A DNA stretch of 64,000 nucleotides from positions 560,374-624,373 of the forward strand of contig CAVQWR010000001.1 in NCBI GenBank assembly GCA_963717695.1, in the 5' to 3' direction. The translations under genes and the position numbers were made by a program. The DNA is from an uncultured beta proteobacterium (GTDB taxonomy: Bacteria; Pseudomonadota; Gammaproteobacteria; Burkholderiales; Casimicrobiaceae). Shown piece after piece: positions 59,779 to 64,000 of the stretch; position 1 is the first letter of the stretch; the number at the start of each line of letters is the position of its first letter. The notes beneath the pieces were generated by a model, which was given only the letters and a program-made list of their open reading frames with translations, was not told where the DNA came from and did not search any database.

Positions 59779-60948
59779 TCAGGCCTTCTTTGCAGGCGCC
59801 TTGGCGGCGAAGTAATGGTTGTAGGCCATCCGCCGGTTCACATAGGTGTCAAGGTCCCATTTGACGGTGCGTTCGGCGAAGGCCTTCTGCGACGCGACGA
59901 TTTCCTTGAACAGTGCGTTCTCGCCGGACTTCTTGTCGGCGACCTGGTCGTAGATCTCGAGCTGCTTCTGCAGGATCGGGTCCGGCGTCTTGTAGAACTT
60001 GACGCTCTGCTTCGTCTGCAGGTCCGAGTAGTCCTGCGAGTAACGGTCGATCGCCTTCCACGACATGTCGGCCGATGCGGCGTCGACCGCATTGGCGATG
60101 ATCGCGCGCATCTTCTCCGGCAGCGCGTCGTACTTGGTCTTGTTGAACATGATCTCGAACTGCTCGGCATTCTGGTGGAAACTTTGCAGCATGCAGACCT
60201 TCGATACATCCGGAAAGCCCAGCAGCCGGTCCGAGCTCGCGTTGTTGAACTCAGCCGCGTCGAGGAGGCCGCGGTCCATCGCGGGGACGATTTCGCCGCC
60301 CGGCAGCGCGTTGACGGCGGCGCCCATGCCGGTGAAGACGTCGATCGAGATGCCCACGGTCCGATACTTGAGGCCCTTGAAATCGTCGACCTTTGTGATC
60401 GGCTTCTTGAACCAGCCGAGAGGCTGCGTCGGGTGCGGGCCATAGGGGAACGACACGACGTTCGCGCCGACGGCCTGGTAGAGCTTCGCCAGCAGCTCCT
60501 TGCCGCCGCCATACTTGTGCCACGACAGCAGCATGTTGCCGTCCATGCCGAAGGCCGGTCCGGAGCCCCAGAGCGCCAGCGCCGTGTTCTTGCCGTAGTG
60601 ATATACGAGGACGCCGTGACCGCCGTCCAGCGTTCCTTTCGACACGGCATCGAGAAGACCGAAAGCCGGAACGACCGATCCGGCCGGCAGCACTTCGATC
60701 TTGAGGTCGCCGCCGGTCATGTCGTTGACCTTCTTCGCGTAGTCGAGCGCGAACTCGTGGAAGATGTCCTTAGACGGCCACGTGCTCTGCCAGCGCATGC
60801 TGATCGGCCCGGTCTGCCCCTTCGCGATCATCGGGAAGCCGAGCGTGGCGCCCGCGGCGGCTGCGCCGGTGGCCGCCCGCAGGAACTTGCGGCGTGAGCC
60901 GACGGGCGTGCTGATGACGGCTTTCGCCGCAGAATGTTTCCGCGTCAT
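59779..60948 (-). CDS. dctP: TRAP transporter substrate-binding protein (DctP family), Tat signal
   Basis: Start MTRKHS.. with SD GAGGAGG and twin-arginine signal SRRKFLRAATGAAAAGATLG. 389 aa. Confidence 0.9.
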   Translation of the reverse strand: MTRKHSAAKAVISTPVGSRRKFLRAATGAAAAGATLGFPMIAKGQTGPISMRWQSTWPSKDIFHEFALDYAKKVNDMTGGDLKIEVLPAGSVVPAFGLLDAVSKGTLDGGHGVLVYHYGKNTALALWGSGPAFGMDGNMLLSWHKYGGGKELLAKLYQAVGANVVSFPYGPHPTQPLGWFKKPITKVDDFKGLKYRTVGISIDVFTGMGAAVNALPGGEIVPAMDRGLLDAAEFNNASSDRLLGFPDVSKVCMLQSFHQNAEQFEIMFNKTKYDALPEKMRAIIANAVDAASADMSWKAIDRYSQDYSDLQTKQSVKFYKTPDPILQKQLEIYDQVADKKSGENALFKEIVASQKAFAERTVKWDLDTYVNRRMAYNHYFAAKAPAKKA

Positions 60949-61306
60949 GATTCCTCCTCGTGAGATGGCGTCGTTGCGCCCTGCCGGGGGTGACGGCAGA
61001 TTTCGGTCCCCTTTTTGCTGCCATGCCGGGACGTCGCCACGCCTCCTCGCGCCCCTTCTCCGCAATAGTCTATACCGATCGTAAGGAGTTTGTCAGCCAC
61101 TTGCAAGGCTGTCGCAAGCTTCGGCACCCTTGATCGCTTGACGGGCCCGCGCGTGCATTTCCCGCGTGGCTTCATGCGCAATTCGACGTCGGCGAGATTT
61201 ATACTCGTGCGGCAAATCGCATTTGCGAGACCAAAAGAACGGAGCGGGTCCGGCGCCTGGCGCGGCCACCCGAATCCGGCGCCGTAACGCCAAGCTTGGG
61301 GGAGCC

Positions 61307-63118
<1,812 letters not shown>

Positions 63119-63145
63119 TCCGCGCTCCGAATGGCGGGCGCTGGG

Positions 63146-63766
63146 TCAGCTGCCCAGCGTCCGCCGCTCGCGCAACGCCTGCGCGAGCGTGCCGCTGTCG
63201 ACGTACTCGAGCTCGCCGCCAACAGGCACGCCCCGGGCGAGGCGGGTCACCGCGAGGCCGCGCGCCGCCAGCAGTTCACCGATGTAGTGCGCCGTCGCCT
63301 CGCCCTCGTTGGTGAAGTTCGTCGCGAGCACGACTTCCTTCACGACACCGTCCGTCGCGCGCGCGATCAGCCGGTCGAGCCGGATCTCTTTGGGGCCGAT
63401 GCCGTCGAGCGGCGAGAGTCGCCCCATCAGCACGAAATAGAGTCCCGAGTACGCCTGCGTCGACTCGACCATGATGAGATCGGCTGGGGTCTCGACGACG
63501 CACAGCACCGAGGCGTCGCGCTTCGCCGAGCGGCAGAGCGCGCAGATCTCGTCCTCGGTGAACGTGTTGCACCGCTCGCAGTGGCGCACGGTCTCGGCGG
63601 CATGTTCGAGCGCCTGCGCGAGCCGCAGCGCGCCCTCGCGGTCGTGCTGCAGCAGATGCAGCGCGATTCGCTGCGCCGCCTTCGGCCCGACGCCCGGCAG
63701 GCAGCGCAGCGCGCGCGTGAGGTCGTCGAGCCCGGTGGAGGGCGTGACGACGGTGCCTGGTTCCAT
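63146..63766 (-). CDS. recR: Recombination protein RecR
   Basis: [20 protein letters not shown] HhH motif, zinc finger [16 protein letters not shown] and a Toprim domain. Confidence 0.95.
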   Translation of the reverse strand: MEPGTVVTPSTGLDDLTRALRCLPGVGPKAAQRIALHLLQHDREGALRLAQALEHAAETVRHCERCNTFTEDEICALCRSAKRDASVLCVVETPADLIMVESTQAYSGLYFVLMGRLSPLDGIGPKEIRLDRLIARATDGVVKEVVLATNFTNEGEATAHYIGELLAARGLAVTRLARGVPVGGELEYVDSGTLAQALRERRTLGS

Positions 63767-63786
63767 CGGCGTCGCGCCTCGCGAGC

Positions 63787-64000
63787 CTAGAACGGCAGCT
63801 TGAAGCCGGGCGGCATCGGCAGGCCCTGCGTCAGGCCGGACATCTTCTCCTGCGTCGTCTGCTCGACGCGGCGCACCGCGTCATTGATCGCGGCGGCGAC
63901 CAGGTCCTCCAGCATGTCGCGGTCCTCGCCGGACAGCGACGGGTCGATCGACACGCGCTTCACGTCGTGGCGGCAGGTCATCACCACCTTGACGAGGCCG
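63787..64000 (-). CDS. ybaB: YbaB/EbfC nucleoid-associated protein; 5' end lies outside the window
   Basis: The C-terminus ..[45 protein letters not shown], upstream of recR, is the conserved ybaB-recR pair. Confidence 0.9.
   Translation of the reverse strand, partial: GLVKVVMTCRHDVKRVSIDPSLSGEDRDMLEDLVAAAINDAVRRVEQTTQEKMSGLTQGLPMPPGFKLPF

Overview
High-GC chromosomal segment whose gene content and synteny look betaproteobacterial (Burkholderiales/Rhodocyclales-like; the taxon call is inference).

Gene order, left to right:
- Outer-membrane factor, macA and macB efflux operon, followed tightly by mgtA.
- An RNB exoribonuclease / LOG-family pair, then yihY, adhC, a membrane protein and ppdK.
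- A roughly 6.8 kb, visibly AT-richer accessory island (15780-22608). A decayed IS3 copy bounds one end and tRNA-Arg(ACG) the other. It carries DUF72, a foreign-looking Cys/His orphan gene, a second IS3 element with intact ends, a PEP-CTERM protein, a small-ORF module around a putative HEPN-like protein, and a truncated Mor-like remnant.
- A MetE-like methyltransferase and an NAD(P) oxidoreductase.
- A long minus-strand aromatic-catabolism operon under a divergent LysR regulator. It encodes the protocatechuate 4,5-cleavage pathway (ligK, ligI, ligAB, ligC, a second divergent ligAB pair, ligJ), an alpha/beta hydrolase and a Liv-type ABC importer.
- An EEP-family nuclease/phosphatase, tRNA-Ser(GCU) and lysC.
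- The conserved yceD-rpmF-plsX-fabH-fabD-fabG-acpP-fabF cluster, then maf, an RsmI-like methylase and a CBS protein.
- A second Liv-type ABC operon, a TRAP transporter with an unusually long DctM, lctP, recR and ybaB.

Main oddities:
1. There are many 1-nt-scale frame breaks in otherwise well-conserved genes, including lysC and fabF. At least 9 cluster within 3.3 kb of the first Liv operon. Most sit in short homopolymers, so sequence error is as likely as true decay.
2. The tRNA-Arg island contains an uncharacterised small-ORF / HEPN-like module and a recombination scar.
3. A tandem ~80-bp palindromic repeat pair lies between a binding-protein gene and its permease genes.
4. A diverged relic copy of the RsmI-like/CBS locus lies 5.9 kb from the intact one.
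5. The lig operon contains two ligAB pairs.

No CRISPR array, rRNA gene or integrase gene was seen. All protein-family calls rest on motifs read by eye from the translations. No database search was run.
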